Source of the DNA: an uncultured Sphingomonas sp.
GTDB lineage: Bacteria; Pseudomonadota; Alphaproteobacteria; Sphingomonadales; Sphingomonadaceae
Assembly: GCA_966211615.1 (NCBI GenBank)
Contig: CBIHNZ010000017.1
Coordinates: forward strand, 22,954-86,953
Direction of reading: 5' to 3'
DNA length: 64,000 nucleotides
Shown in pieces: positions 29,713 through 40,481 of the stretch; position 1 is the stretch's first letter, and each line of letters starts with the position of its first letter. The notes below the pieces were generated by a model. The model saw only the letters and a list, made by a program, of their open reading frames with translations, ran no database searches and was not told where the DNA came from. A program made the position numbers and the translations under genes.

Positions 29713-29732
29713 ATCACCTGGGGAGGTGGAGG

Positions 29733-29767
29733 ACGGGCTCGTGGGAAACCGCGGGCCCGTTTTTTTT
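29733..29767 (+). terminator. Intrinsic terminator of the TonB-dependent receptor gene
   Basis: ACGGGCTCGTGG-GAAA-CCGCGGGCCCGT followed by a T run. Confidence 0.9.
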
Positions 29768-29818
29768 ACGCCGATAATGGTCAGCTGCGGTTCAGCCGAT
29801 CCGTGCTATACGGCCGGC

Positions 29819-30220
29819 ATGCGTAAGATCCTTGCGAGTCTGGTCCTGACCGCCACCGCGTTCGCGGTGCCCGCCAGCGCTTCCGATCAGAAGACGCCCC
29901 AGGAGAAGCTCGACAGTCTCCTGACGGGCCGTGTCGCCGGAAAGCCGACGAGCTGCATCAGCCTCGCTTCGGCGACGTCGAGCCAGATCATCGACGGCAA
30001 GGCGATCGTGTACCGCGTCGGCGGCACGCTCTACGTCAACGAGCCACGCTCGGGCGCGGATAGCCTCGATTCCGATGATATCCTGGTGACCAAGACCTAC
30101 GGCAGCCAGCTCTGCAGTATCGATTCGGTCAAGCTGGTCGACCGCACCTCCAGGTTTCAGCGTGGATTTGTGATCCTCGGCAACTTTGTCCCCTATACGC
30201 GGGTGAAGCAGGCCAAGTGA
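29819..30220 (+). CDS. Small exported hypothetical protein (sphingomonad-type, two Cys)
   Basis: MRKILASLVL signal peptide; GRVAGKPTSCISL...QLCSID...FVPY pattern. Confidence 0.75.
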   Translation: MRKILASLVLTATAFAVPASASDQKTPQEKLDSLLTGRVAGKPTSCISLASATSSQIIDGKAIVYRVGGTLYVNEPRSGADSLDSDDILVTKTYGSQLCSIDSVKLVDRTSRFQRGFVILGNFVPYTRVKQAK

Positions 30221-30247
30221 TCCGCGTCGCCGTGACGGTTTAGTCCG

Positions 30248-31525
30248 TCAGGCGCCCAGCACCGTATCGTCGAACAGTCCGAACGCGAGCGTCGACGCGT
30301 AAAAGGCCACAGCCTTTTCGCGCGGCATCGTGCTCGCCCATTTGCGCATGTCGAAGGCGGCGTTCTGGAGCGCCATCAGCGCCTGCGACGCGACCAGCGG
30401 ATCGATCGGGCGGATCGATCCTTCCGCGATACCGTCCGACAGCATGCCGGCGAAACGACGGGCGATGCGGTTCGAGCGGTCGATCATCGTGTTGCGCACG
30501 CGCGGCGGCAGGCCGGAGAGCGCCGTGGTGCGCAGCAGCGGGCCGCGTTCCGAGAACTGCACGTCGAGCAACGTCGCGATCGTGCTTTCCAGCCGCTCCC
30601 AATGCGATCCCCGGTGGTTCTCGGCCAGGCGCTGCGCATCGGCGATGATGTCGAAGCTGCGCTTGTAGCAGGCGGTGACCAGCTCGTCCTTGGCATCGAG
30701 ATGGTGGTAGAAGCTGCCCTTGGTGACGTTGAGTTCGGAGGCGATGCGCTGGACAGATGCGCCGCGATAGCCGAGCTCGTTGATCAGCCGCGTCGCCGCC
30801 AGCAGGAAAGCGTCGCGGCCAGGCTCGGGCTCGTCATGCTCCAGGTCGAGCAGCTCGGGCTGCCATTTCTGGCCCGGGCCGGCGATGCCGTGGCGGAACA
30901 CGTCCATCAGCCTCTGCTCGACGCGCGGATATTCGTCGATCTCGTACCGGGTCAGCCAGGCGGTGAGCCAGAAGGTATTCTCGAGCACGACATGCGCGCG
31001 CGCGCCGCGCAGATCGGTTTCGGCGCGGGTGCCCTCGGCGCCCCAGAGGCTGCGCGTCTTGCGGAAGATGTTGCGCCAGCCGGTGAGCAGCTGGCTCTTC
31101 ATCGGCTCCTCCATCGCGCGGAGATCCGAGAGGATGGCGAAGGCCTGTTCCTCGCCGCGCTGGATGCGCGCGAGCCGTTCCATGTTGATGTTGAGGAAGC
31201 GGGCGACGCGCGTCTCGGGCGTCGGCTCGGTCAGCGCCTGGTCGAGCATCTCGTCGAGCCGCTCGAGCGTCTGCTCGAACGCGGCGGCGGCAAGGTCTTC
31301 CTTGCGCTTGAAATAATAGGTGACGCTGGTCGTGTTGAGGCCGACGCGCCGTGCGACATCGGCGAAGGTCATGCCCTTCGCGCTCTGCTCGTTGATCGCA
31401 TCGGCGGCGGCGGACAGGATCGCGTCGCGCTTCGCCTGGAAGCGTTTGGTACCCTTTTCGGGCGCAATGGCCTCCGATTCCTGGGCGACTGTCTCCGGCA
31501 CGTTCATGTCATCCAGCTTACTCAT
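30248..31525 (-). CDS. Tandem double-domain TetR/AcrR regulator
   Basis: Two HTH units: [33 protein letters not shown] and [32 protein letters not shown]. Start uncertain (MSKLDD chosen). Confidence 0.88.
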   Translation of the reverse strand: MSKLDDMNVPETVAQESEAIAPEKGTKRFQAKRDAILSAAADAINEQSAKGMTFADVARRVGLNTTSVTYYFKRKEDLAAAAFEQTLERLDEMLDQALTEPTPETRVARFLNINMERLARIQRGEEQAFAILSDLRAMEEPMKSQLLTGWRNIFRKTRSLWGAEGTRAETDLRGARAHVVLENTFWLTAWLTRYEIDEYPRVEQRLMDVFRHGIAGPGQKWQPELLDLEHDEPEPGRDAFLLAATRLINELGYRGASVQRIASELNVTKGSFYHHLDAKDELVTACYKRSFDIIADAQRLAENHRGSHWERLESTIATLLDVQFSERGPLLRTTALSGLPPRVRNTMIDRSNRIARRFAGMLSDGIAEGSIRPIDPLVASQALMALQNAAFDMRKWASTMPREKAVAFYASTLAFGLFDDTVLGA

Positions 31526-31614
31526 TTCAGATCGAAGCCAAAACGGATTTTTTGGGAGTCGGGCATGCCGGCGGGACATGGGCGATACCGGGTTCAAACG
31601 CGCCCAATCCCCTT

Positions 31615-31630
31615 TACCGAATATCCGGTA
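31615..31630. promoter_or_regulatory. Candidate TetR operator
   Basis: TACCG-AATATC-CGGTA palindrome in the divergent tetR/ACAD intergenic region. Confidence 0.4.
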
Positions 31631-31670
31631 CGCTCTAGACCCGGATGCGACAGTCAATCGGGAGGATGCC

Positions 31671-32954
31671 ATGGACTTCACGCTGACCGAGCGCGAGACC
31701 TATTTCCGCGATCGCGTGAAGACGTTCATCGACACGCGGATCCGGCCTCGCGACGCCGATTATCGCGCCGAGGCGCATAGCGGCGACCGGTGGAAGGTAA
31801 ACCGGGTGCTGGAGGAAGTGAAGGCCCAGGCCAAGGCCGAGGGGCTATGGAATTTCTTCATGCCGCCGCATTCGGGCCAAGCCCATGTCGACGACAGCTT
31901 CGCGTTCGAAGGCACCCAACTCACCAATCTCGAATATGCGCTGTGCGCCGAGGAGATGGGACGGGTCGGCTGGGCTTCCGAAGTGTTCAACTGCTCGGCA
32001 CCCGACACCGGCAACATGGAAGTGCTGCATCGGTACGGCACCCGTGCGCAGAAGGACCGCTGGCTCATGCCGCTGATGGAGGGCGAGATCCGATCGGCCT
32101 TCCTGATGACCGAACCGGCGGTGGCATCGTCCGACGCGACCAATATCGAGACGCGGATCGAGCGTGACGGCGGCGACTATGTGATCAACGGCCGGAAATG
32201 GTGGTCCTCGGGTACCGGCGATCCGCGCTGCGCGATCGCGATCGTGATGGGCAAGACCAATCCCGACGCTGCCCGCCACGCCCAGCAGAGCCAGGTCCTG
32301 GTGCCGCTCGACGCGCCGGGCGTGAAGATCGAGCGGATGCTTTCGGTTTTCGGGTATGATCACGCGCCGCATGGGCATGGCGAGGTCCTGCTCGAAAATG
32401 TGCGCGTGCCGGCCGAGAATGTCCTGTTGGGGGAGGGACGCGGCTTCGAGATCGCGCAGGGCCGGCTGGGGCCGGGGCGCATCCACCATTGCATGCGCAC
32501 GATCGGCGTGGCGGAGGAAGCGATCGAGGCGATGGCCAAGCGGCTCGTCAGCCGCGTCGCGTTCGGCAAGCGCATTTCGGACCACTCGATCTGGGAACAG
32601 CGGATCGCCCGGGCACGGATCGACATCGAGATGACCCGGCTGCTGTGCCTCAAGGCGGCCGATATGATGGACAAGGCGGGCAACAAGGCCGCCCAGCTCG
32701 AGATCGCGATGATCAAGGTGCAAGCGCCGACCATGGCGCTGCAGATCATCGACGACGCGATCCAGGCGCATGGCGGCGCCGGCGTCTCCAGCGACTTCCA
32801 TCTGGCGCATGACTGGGCGGGCATCCGCACGCTGCGGTTGGCCGATGGGCCCGACGAGGTCCACAACCGCGCGATCGCGCGGGCGGAGTTCGGGAAATAC
32901 GGTGACTATAAGGCCGATCGGGTCTCCAGCGGCGAGATCGGGGCGAGCCGCTAG
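31671..32954 (+). CDS. Acyl-CoA dehydrogenase, ACAD10/11 (LvaC)-like
   Basis: [56 protein letters not shown]. Confidence 0.93.
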   Translation: MDFTLTERETYFRDRVKTFIDTRIRPRDADYRAEAHSGDRWKVNRVLEEVKAQAKAEGLWNFFMPPHSGQAHVDDSFAFEGTQLTNLEYALCAEEMGRVGWASEVFNCSAPDTGNMEVLHRYGTRAQKDRWLMPLMEGEIRSAFLMTEPAVASSDATNIETRIERDGGDYVINGRKWWSSGTGDPRCAIAIVMGKTNPDAARHAQQSQVLVPLDAPGVKIERMLSVFGYDHAPHGHGEVLLENVRVPAENVLLGEGRGFEIAQGRLGPGRIHHCMRTIGVAEEAIEAMAKRLVSRVAFGKRISDHSIWEQRIARARIDIEMTRLLCLKAADMMDKAGNKAAQLEIAMIKVQAPTMALQIIDDAIQAHGGAGVSSDFHLAHDWAGIRTLRLADGPDEVHNRAIARAEFGKYGDYKADRVSSGEIGASR

Positions 32955-32957
32955 TTC

Positions 32958-33043
32958 CGTCATCCCGGCACAGGCCGGGATCCAGAGCCAAGCAGAACCG
33001 TCCGAGCAAGGAAACCCTGGATCCCGGCCTGCGCCGGGATGAC
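32958..33043 (+). repeat. CGTC-type REP doublet (REPIN-like), copy 1
   Basis: CGTCATCCCGGC..GCCGGGATCCAGAGCCAA...CCTGGATCCCGGC..GCCGGGATGAC. Confidence 0.88.
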
Positions 33044-33059
33044 AAGGAGAGAAGGTGGA

Positions 33060-34145
33060 ATGAAGGCCGCAGTTCTTCACGAAGCGAGGTCGCCGCTCCA
33101 GATCGAGGAGGTTTCGATCTCCAAGCCCGGTCCCCGCGAGGTGCTGATCCGCACCGCGGCGGTGGGAGTCTGCCGGTCGGACCTGCATTTCGTCGACGGC
33201 GCCTTTCCGCATCCGGTGCCGACCGTGCCGGGACACGAGGCGGCGGGGTTGATCGAGGCTGTGGGGAGCGACGTCGCGCATCTGAAGCCGGGCGATCATG
33301 TCATCACCTTCTTCACGGTATTCTGCGGCAGCTGCGAGATGTGTGTCACCGGGCGGCCGTCGCTGTGCATCGACCCGTCGACGCGGCGCCCGGCCGATGC
33401 CGAGCCGCGGCTGCGCCTGGCGGACGGGCGGCCGCTGGCGCCGTTCCTCAATCTCTCCGCCTTTGCCGAGATGATGCTCGTGCATGAGAATGCCTGCGTG
33501 GCGATCTCGAAGGAGATGCCGCTCGACCGCGCGGCGCTGCTCGGCTGCGCGGTGATCACCGGCGCGGGGGCGGTGTTCAACGACAGCCGGGTGCGACCGG
33601 GCGAGAGCGTCGCGGTGATCGGCGCGGGCGGGATCGGACTGGCGGCGATCAATGCGGCCAAGATCGCCGGAGCGGGGGCGATCCTGGCGATCGATCCGAT
33701 GCCAGAGAAACGCGAGCTGGCGCTCAAGCTGGGCGCGACGCAGGCGCTAGATCCGAGCTCCGAGACGATCGTCAAGGACGTGCTCAAGCTGACCGACGGC
33801 GGCGTGCATTATGCGATCGAGGCGGTGGGGCGGTCGAACACCGCCGAACTCGCCTGGAACATCCTGCGCCGCGGCGGCACCGCGACGATCCTGGGGATGA
33901 TCGCGCCGGGGAACAGCGTCAGCCTGCCCGGGCCGACCTTCCTGACAGGCAGGAAGATCCAGGGATCGCTGCTGGGCTCGACCCGCTTCCCGATCGACAT
34001 GCCGCGCCTCGTCCAGATGTATCTCGACGGGCTGCTCGATCTCGACACGATGGTGGCCGAACGGATCACGCTGGGCGAGGTCAACGACGCGCTGGAGAAG
34101 CTCCGCCAGGGGCACAGCGTGCGTTCGGTGATCGAATTCGCATGA
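33060..34145 (+). CDS. Zn-dependent alcohol dehydrogenase (class III-like MDR)
   Basis: GVCRSD, PGHEAAG, CGSCEMC, VIGAGGIG. Confidence 0.93.
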   Translation: MKAAVLHEARSPLQIEEVSISKPGPREVLIRTAAVGVCRSDLHFVDGAFPHPVPTVPGHEAAGLIEAVGSDVAHLKPGDHVITFFTVFCGSCEMCVTGRPSLCIDPSTRRPADAEPRLRLADGRPLAPFLNLSAFAEMMLVHENACVAISKEMPLDRAALLGCAVITGAGAVFNDSRVRPGESVAVIGAGGIGLAAINAAKIAGAGAILAIDPMPEKRELALKLGATQALDPSSETIVKDVLKLTDGGVHYAIEAVGRSNTAELAWNILRRGGTATILGMIAPGNSVSLPGPTFLTGRKIQGSLLGSTRFPIDMPRLVQMYLDGLLDLDTMVAERITLGEVNDALEKLRQGHSVRSVIEFA

Positions 34146-35191
34146 GCGACGATCTCGCCCCTGTGCCGGCGGACGACCCGATCGACATCGCGGCGCTCGA
34201 ACGCTGGATGAAGACGCGGATGCCGGACTTTGTCGGGCCGATCCGGCTCGACAAGTTCAAGGGCGGCCAATCCAACCCGACCTATCGCGTGGATACGCCA
34301 GGCAAGAGCTATGTGCTGCGCCGCCAGCCCTTCGGCCAGCTGCTGCCGTCGGCGCATGCGGTCGACCGCGAATACCGGCTGATCGCGGCATTGCATCCCA
34401 CCGGCTTCCCGGTGCCCAAGCCCTATTTCGGGCTGTGCGCGGACGATTCGGTGATCGGGTCGATGTTCTATGTGATGGAACTGGTGGAGGGTCGGACCTT
34501 CTGGGACGGATCGCTGCCGGGCATGGCTCCGGCCCAGCGTACCGCGCATTATGAAGCGATCATCGATACGCTGGCGGCGCTGCACTCGATCGACGCCGAG
34601 GCGGTGGGCCTTGGCGACTATGGCAAGCCGGGCAATTATTTCGAGCGGCAGGTGGCACGCTGGTCGAAGCAGTACCGGATGAGCCAGACCGACGACCTGC
34701 CCGAGATGGAGCGGCTGATCGAGTGGCTGCCGCGCACCGTGCCCGAGCAGACGCGCACGGCCATCGTCCATGGCGATTTCCGCATCGACAACATGATCTT
34801 CGCGCCGCACGAACCGCGCATCCTGGCGGTGCTCGACTGGGAGCTGTCGACTCTGGGCGATCCGCTGGCGGACTTTTCCTATTTCCTGATGAGCTGGGTG
34901 ACCCAGCCCGAGGGACGTTCGGGCGTGAAGGGGCTGACCGGGCAACACACCGGCATCCCGACGATCGAGGATGTGGTCGTGCGCTATTGCGCCGCGACGA
35001 AGCGGGACGGGGTGCCCGATCTCAACTGGTACTTCGCCTATAACCTGTTCCGGCTCGCGGGCATCGTCCAGGGGATCAAGAAGCGGATGCTCGACGGCAA
35101 TGCGTCGAGCGCGCAGGCGGCGGCAACGGTCGAGCGGATGCCGGGGCTGGTCGCGTCGGCCTGGAGTTTCGCGGAGGAGGCGGGAGCATGA
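34142..35191 (+). CDS. APH-family phosphotransferase (ACAD10/11 kinase domain, LvaA-like)
   Basis: [41 protein letters not shown]. Confidence 0.92.
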   Translation: MSDDLAPVPADDPIDIAALERWMKTRMPDFVGPIRLDKFKGGQSNPTYRVDTPGKSYVLRRQPFGQLLPSAHAVDREYRLIAALHPTGFPVPKPYFGLCADDSVIGSMFYVMELVEGRTFWDGSLPGMAPAQRTAHYEAIIDTLAALHSIDAEAVGLGDYGKPGNYFERQVARWSKQYRMSQTDDLPEMERLIEWLPRTVPEQTRTAIVHGDFRIDNMIFAPHEPRILAVLDWELSTLGDPLADFSYFLMSWVTQPEGRSGVKGLTGQHTGIPTIEDVVVRYCAATKRDGVPDLNWYFAYNLFRLAGIVQGIKKRMLDGNASSAQAAATVERMPGLVASAWSFAEEAGA

Positions 35192-35955
35192 CGGTGTTAT
35201 TCGACCTGACCGGCAAGGTCGCGATCGTCACCGGATCGACGCGCGGGATCGGCCGCGCGGCGGCGGAGGCGCTGGCGGAGCATGGCGCCAAGGTCGTCAT
35301 CTCGAGCCGCAAGCAGGACGCGTGCGACGAGGCCGCGGCAGAGATCGACGCGCGGTTCGGCGCGGGCACGGCGCTCGCGGTGGCGGCGAGCATCTCCGAC
35401 AAGGCGGCGCTCCAGAACCTGGTCGATCAGACGCGGCGCGCGTTCGGGCGCATCGACGTGCTTGTCTGCAACGCGGCCTCCAATCCCTATTACGGGCCGC
35501 TGGCGGACATCGCCGACGAGCAGTTCCGCAAGATCCTCGACAACAACATCGTCTCCAACCACTGGCTGATCCAGATGGTGGCCCCCGAGATGCGGGCGCG
35601 GCGCGAGGGATCGATCGTGATCGTCTCGTCCATCGGAGGGTTGCGCGGTTCGGCCCAACTCGGCGCCTATTGCGTCTCCAAGGCCGCGGACATGCAGCTG
35701 GCGCGCAACTATGCGGTCGAGTTCGGGCCGGACAATGTACGGGTCAACTGCATCGCGCCGGGCCTTATCAAGACCGATTTCGCGCGGGCGCTGTGGGAGG
35801 ATCCCGAGCGGATCAAGGCGACCAATTCGACCACGCCGCTGCGTCGGATCGGCGAGCCGGAGGAGATCGCCGGCGCGGTGGTATATCTGGCGAGCAGGGC
35901 CAGCACGTTCATGACGGGGCAGGCGATGGTGATCGACGGCGGAGTGACGATCTGA
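35188..35955 (+). CDS. Short-chain dehydrogenase/reductase
   Basis: [28 protein letters not shown]. Confidence 0.93.
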   Translation: MTVLFDLTGKVAIVTGSTRGIGRAAAEALAEHGAKVVISSRKQDACDEAAAEIDARFGAGTALAVAASISDKAALQNLVDQTRRAFGRIDVLVCNAASNPYYGPLADIADEQFRKILDNNIVSNHWLIQMVAPEMRARREGSIVIVSSIGGLRGSAQLGAYCVSKAADMQLARNYAVEFGPDNVRVNCIAPGLIKTDFARALWEDPERIKATNSTTPLRRIGEPEEIAGAVVYLASRASTFMTGQAMVIDGGVTI

Positions 35956-36755
35956 TGCGGTTTTCAGGCAAGGTAGCGATCGTCACCGGCGCGGGTTCGG
36001 GCATCGGCCGGGCGACGACGCGGGCGTTCGCGGCAGAGGGGGCAAAGGTCGTCGCGGCCGACCTGAGCGAGGCGGTGCACGAGACGGTCGCGGGGCTCGG
36101 CATCGCGGCGATCGACAGCACCGTCGCCGTGCAGATGGATGCCGGCGACGAAGGCGATGTCGAGCGGCTGGTGGCGACCGCATGCGAGCGGTTCGGCGGG
36201 CTCGATATCTTCCATGCCAATGCCGGAATTTCGGGGGGCGCCGACGGGATCTTCGATTCCTCGGTCGAACTGTGGACCGAAGTGCTGCGGGTGAACCTGA
36301 TCGGGCCGTTCCTGGCGATCAAGCATGGCGCGCCGAAGATCGTCGATCGGGGCGGCGGCGCGATCGTGTGCACCGCCAGCGTCGCGGGGCTGCGATCGGG
36401 CGCCGGCGGGCCGGCCTATTCGGCGAGCAAGGCCGGCGTCATCAACCTGGTGCAGACCGCTGCGCAGCAGCTTTCGACGTCGAATGTGCGGGTCAACGCG
36501 ATCTGTCCCGGGCTGATCGAGACGGGCATGACCCAGCGGGCGTTCGACTATGCGCGCGAGGCGGGCAAGCAGGACAAGCTCGGCCAGCTCAATCCGCTGC
36601 GCCGCGCCGGCATTCCCGACGAGATCGCGCGCGTGGCGCTGTTCCTGGCGTCGGACGAGGCGAGCTATGTCAACGGCCAGGCCTGGGTGGTGGATGGCGG
36701 GCTTTCGTCGAGCCATCCGGTTACGCGGCAGATGTTCGGCAAGACCTCGTTCTGA
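35955..36755 (+). CDS. Short-chain dehydrogenase/reductase
   Basis: [27 protein letters not shown]; TGATG overlap with the upstream SDR. Confidence 0.93.
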   Translation: MRFSGKVAIVTGAGSGIGRATTRAFAAEGAKVVAADLSEAVHETVAGLGIAAIDSTVAVQMDAGDEGDVERLVATACERFGGLDIFHANAGISGGADGIFDSSVELWTEVLRVNLIGPFLAIKHGAPKIVDRGGGAIVCTASVAGLRSGAGGPAYSASKAGVINLVQTAAQQLSTSNVRVNAICPGLIETGMTQRAFDYAREAGKQDKLGQLNPLRRAGIPDEIARVALFLASDEASYVNGQAWVVDGGLSSSHPVTRQMFGKTSF

Positions 36756-36808
36756 TTTGACAGGCGGCAAGACGCCAAGCACCTTCCGGTCAAACGGGGG
36801 AGAGGGCG

Positions 36809-37561
36809 ATGCGCAGCATCCTTAAGGGGCTGATACTCGGTTCGTTGCTGGTCGTGGCGGCCACGCCCGCGTTGGCGCAGGACGAGGGGCAGGAGATCGT
36901 CGTCACCGGATCGTTCCGCAAGCTGGCGGGCAATGGCGACGATGAGGATCGCGTACCTGAATTGATCGCCTCGCGTCCGGCCGCGGCGCTGACGATGCGC
37001 CGCACCGCAGATTTCGCCGTCCAGCAGGTGACGATCGGCGGCGACACGCGCGAGGAGGGCAAAAGGCGCGAGGAAATCTATACGATGACGCGCAAGGCGA
37101 TCGAGCTGGCCGGCAAATATGGCGTCCAGCTCGCCACCGGCGAACTGGTCATCGAGCCGCTTACGCTGGCCAACTACAAGAACCTCATCGTCACCGAGGA
37201 TGAAGACCAGAACGAGGCGGAGCTGGTGACCTTCGTCGTCAAGACGCCGCTGGCGCCGGGGACGGACTCCAAGACCGCGCTCGAGCGCATATCCAAGTTC
37301 ATCGCCGAAGTGCCGCCCGTCGGGCGGGCAGAGCTCAAGGCGCGGAGCCAGCTGGCGCTGAGCGTGGTCAATCCGGAGCAATATCGCCGGCCGATCATCG
37401 CGCAGATCGCCAAGGAGGCCGCGGCGACGAGCGCACCGTTCGGCGCCGGCTATGGCGTCGAGGTGACCGGGCTGGAGCGGCCGGTGCAATGGACGCAGGC
37501 GAGTCTCACCGAGGTGCTGCTCTATCTGCCCGCCACCTATACCGTGCGCCCGCACGATTGA
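36809..37561 (+). CDS. Exported hypothetical protein with TonB-box-like N-terminus (possibly SIMPL-like), paralog 1
   Basis: Signal peptide, then QEIVVTGS; clearly homologous to the next ORF. Confidence 0.75.
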   Translation: MRSILKGLILGSLLVVAATPALAQDEGQEIVVTGSFRKLAGNGDDEDRVPELIASRPAAALTMRRTADFAVQQVTIGGDTREEGKRREEIYTMTRKAIELAGKYGVQLATGELVIEPLTLANYKNLIVTEDEDQNEAELVTFVVKTPLAPGTDSKTALERISKFIAEVPPVGRAELKARSQLALSVVNPEQYRRPIIAQIAKEAAATSAPFGAGYGVEVTGLERPVQWTQASLTEVLLYLPATYTVRPHD

Positions 37562-37575
37562 GCCAGCAGGGGGGA

Positions 37576-38307
37576 ATGCACATGCTTTTCAGGAGTCTGC
37601 TCGCCACGGCTGCGATCTGCGCGGCGCTTCCGGCAGCCGCGCAGGAAATAGCGGTCACCGGCCAGTACCGCGCGGGCTACACCGCCGCGGAACCTTATGG
37701 CGTGGTGGCGCAGGGGCCGCAGCAATACCGGCCGGTCGTGGTCCTGAAGCGGACCGCGGACTATGTCGTGCAGGCGGTTCGCGTGGTCGGCGACACGCGG
37801 GACGCGGCCAAGCGGCGCGAGGAAGTCTATGGCATGGTGCGCAACGCGATCCAGCTGTCCGCGAAATCGGGCGTCGAGCTTTCGACCGGCGAGCTCGTGC
37901 TCGAGCCGCTGACCCTTGCCAATTATACCAACCTGCCGCTGCGCTCCGCCGGGCGGCCGGACACCGACCAGGCGGTCTTCCTGGTCAAGACCAGGCTCGC
38001 GCCCGGCGTGGACGCCAAGGTGGCGCTCGACCGGATCAGCAAGTTCGTCGCCGCGGTGGCGAATGTCGCGCGCGCCGAGATGGAGACGATCGGCGATCCG
38101 ACGCTGTCGGTGATCGATCCCAACCAGTATCGCGGCCAGATCATCGAGCTGATCGCTGCAGATGCGGCGTCGACCGCAGGCAAGTTCGGCGCGGGCTATG
38201 GCATTCGGGCGGAGGGGCTCGACCGGCCGGTGCAATGGGCGCGCGCCAGCCTGACGGAGATTTTCCTCTATCTGCCCGCCAGCTATGCCGTGGTGCCCAA
38301 GCCGTAA
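37576..38307 (+). CDS. Exported hypothetical protein, paralog 2
   Basis: QEIAVTGQ; shares RTAD, GDTR, KRREE, TGELV.EPLTLANY, PVQW..ASLTE..LYLPA.Y with paralog 1. Confidence 0.75.
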   Translation: MHMLFRSLLATAAICAALPAAAQEIAVTGQYRAGYTAAEPYGVVAQGPQQYRPVVVLKRTADYVVQAVRVVGDTRDAAKRREEVYGMVRNAIQLSAKSGVELSTGELVLEPLTLANYTNLPLRSAGRPDTDQAVFLVKTRLAPGVDAKVALDRISKFVAAVANVARAEMETIGDPTLSVIDPNQYRGQIIELIAADAASTAGKFGAGYGIRAEGLDRPVQWARASLTEIFLYLPASYAVVPKP

Positions 38308-38310
38308 GCC

Positions 38311-39210
38311 CTAGAGCTCGCGCTTGACCCGGATCAGCCCTTCCTGCGCGGCGCTGGCGACCAGCCGGCCGTCGCGGGAATAGATGCGGCCGCGGTTGAA
38401 GCCGCGAGAATGGCCGGACCAGGGGCTGTCGGTGGTGTAGAGCAGCCATTCGTCGAAGCGGAACGGCTCGTGAAGCCACACGGCATGGTCGAGGCTGGCG
38501 GTCTGGATGTTGCCGGTCATCCAGCTCACCCCGTGCGGCAGCATGCAGGTGCCGAGCAGGGTCATGTCGGTGGCATAGGCGAGCATCGCGCGGTGGAGCG
38601 CGGGATCGTCGGGCAGGGGCGCCGCGACCTTGAACCAGCTGTGCTGGACGGGCTCGGTCGGTTCGGGGCGGAACCAGTTGCGGGGGCTGACCGGGCGGAT
38701 CTCGATCGGGCGGGCGCGCAGGAAGAAGCGGCGGAGCTTCTCGGGCACCTGGGCCTGGATCTCGTCGCGTAGCTCGCTCTCCGAGCGCAGCGCTTCGGGA
38801 GGCGGCACGTCCGGCATCGATTCCTGGTGGTGCAACCCCTCGGCAGGCAGCTGGAACGAGGCCGCCATATTGAGGATCGGCTGGCCCTTCTGCATCGCGA
38901 TCACGCGCCGCGTGGCGAAGCTGCGCCCCTCGAAATCGCGGACCACGCGGTAGATGATCGGGTGATTCTCGTCGCCCGGCCGCATGAAATAGGCATGGAG
39001 CGAATGGGCGGCCTTGCCGTCCTCGACCGAGCGCTGCGCTGCCTGGAGCGCCTGGGCGATGACCTGGCCGCCGAACACGCGACCGACGCCGCCCGGCTGC
39101 CGCGCGCCGCGGTAGAGATCGGTGTCGATCTCCTCGACGTCGAGCAGCGCGATGAGCTGTTCGACCAGCGCCTCGGGCGTGGTGGCGCGTTCGGGATTGT
39201 CTTGCGTCAT
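38311..39210 (-). CDS. tesB: Acyl-CoA thioesterase II
   Basis: GRVFGGQVIAQAL, HSLHAYF, AYATDMTLL, ASLDHAVW, ASAAQEGL. Confidence 0.93.
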   Translation of the reverse strand: MTQDNPERATTPEALVEQLIALLDVEEIDTDLYRGARQPGGVGRVFGGQVIAQALQAAQRSVEDGKAAHSLHAYFMRPGDENHPIIYRVVRDFEGRSFATRRVIAMQKGQPILNMAASFQLPAEGLHHQESMPDVPPPEALRSESELRDEIQAQVPEKLRRFFLRARPIEIRPVSPRNWFRPEPTEPVQHSWFKVAAPLPDDPALHRAMLAYATDMTLLGTCMLPHGVSWMTGNIQTASLDHAVWLHEPFRFDEWLLYTTDSPWSGHSRGFNRGRIYSRDGRLVASAAQEGLIRVKREL

Positions 39211-40334
39211 CAATAGCCTGCCGCTTCGGCCAGCGCGTTGGCGTGGTAATTGGCGTCGCCGAACAACTCGGCCAGGACGCGGGCCCGCTTCATGAAGAAG
39301 CCGATATCATATTCGTCGGTCATGCCGATGCCGCCATGCATCTGGATGCCCTCCTGCACCGCCAGGGTGGTGGCCATGCCGGTCATCGCCTTGGCGACCG
39401 AGACCGCCTGGGTGGCGTCCTCCCCCGCGTCGAGCAGCTGCTGGGCCTTGAGGACTGCGGCGCGGGCGACCTCGAGTTCGGAATAGAGGTGGGCGGCGCG
39501 GTGCTGGAGCGCCTGGAAGCTACCGATCGCCACGCCGAACTGCTTGCGTTCCTTGAGATAATGCACCGTCATCGCCATGGCGCCGCCGCCGACGCCGAGT
39601 AGCTCGGCCGAGGCGCCGGTGCGGGCGGCGCGGAGCAGGCGGGCGAGGGGATCGGCACCGGCATCGACCTCGCCGACCACGGTATCGGAGTTTACTTCGA
39701 CGTCCGCGAAGGTTGCGCGGGACGCCAGGCTGGAATCGGCCAGGCGCTGGGGATCGAGGGTGAGGCCCGCCGATTTCGGGTCGATCGCGAACAGCGTGAT
39801 TCCCGAACTTTCCGCTTCGGAGCCCGAAGTGCGGGCGGTCACCAGGATCAGGTCGGCGGCATGGGCGTGATGCGCGAAACACTTGGTGCCGGAGAGGCGG
39901 AAGCCGTTGCCCGAACGCTCCGCTTTCAGCGCGACGCGCCCCGTGAACTTCGGCGTCTCTTCCGTCGCGAGTGCGACTACCGTCTCGCCGGCGAGGATGC
40001 CGGGGAACCAGCGCGCGGCATGGGCCGTGCCCTTGAGCGCCTCGACCGCGGCGACGGCGGTGGTGAGGAAGGGGGAGGGACTGAGATTGCGGCCGATTTC
40101 CTCGAGCACCACGCCCGCCTCGACATGGCCGAGGCCGAGGCCGCCATCGCTCTCGGGGATCAGGATGCCGGTAAGACCGAGTTCGGCGAACTGCTTCCAC
40201 AGCTCGCGGCTGAACCCGGTTTCATCCCTTGCATCGCGAAGTTGGCGCAGATGGCCGACCGGCGCGTGCTCGGCGATGAAATCGCGGGCGGTTTCCTGGA
40301 GCAGGGTCTGGTCGTCGGTGAGGTAGAGGGGCAT
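39210..40334 (-). CDS. Acyl-CoA dehydrogenase, PimD/FadE27-like small subunit
   Basis: MPLYLTDDQ, RKQFGVAIGSFQALQHR, QMHGGIGMTDEYD. Confidence 0.92.
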   Translation of the reverse strand: MPLYLTDDQTLLQETARDFIAEHAPVGHLRQLRDARDETGFSRELWKQFAELGLTGILIPESDGGLGLGHVEAGVVLEEIGRNLSPSPFLTTAVAAVEALKGTAHAARWFPGILAGETVVALATEETPKFTGRVALKAERSGNGFRLSGTKCFAHHAHAADLILVTARTSGSEAESSGITLFAIDPKSAGLTLDPQRLADSSLASRATFADVEVNSDTVVGEVDAGADPLARLLRAARTGASAELLGVGGGAMAMTVHYLKERKQFGVAIGSFQALQHRAAHLYSELEVARAAVLKAQQLLDAGEDATQAVSVAKAMTGMATTLAVQEGIQMHGGIGMTDEYDIGFFMKRARVLAELFGDANYHANALAEAAGY

Positions 40335-40357
40335 TTTCTTCTTCCTTTCCCTCTTCT

Positions 40358-40471
40358 CCCTCTCCCGCTTGCGGGAGAGGGCCGGGGTGAGGGTGAGTCG
40401 CGTCAATTCAAGTCGGTCGAGTGAGGCCAGCTCGCACCCTCACCCAACCCTCTCCCGCAGGCGGGAGAGGG
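40358..40471. repeat. CCCTC-type palindromic intergenic repeat, copy 2
   Basis: Same arms as the 25438 copy; GANTC at 40395 in the equivalent position. Confidence 0.88.
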
Positions 40472-40481
40472 CTAAGAAGGC

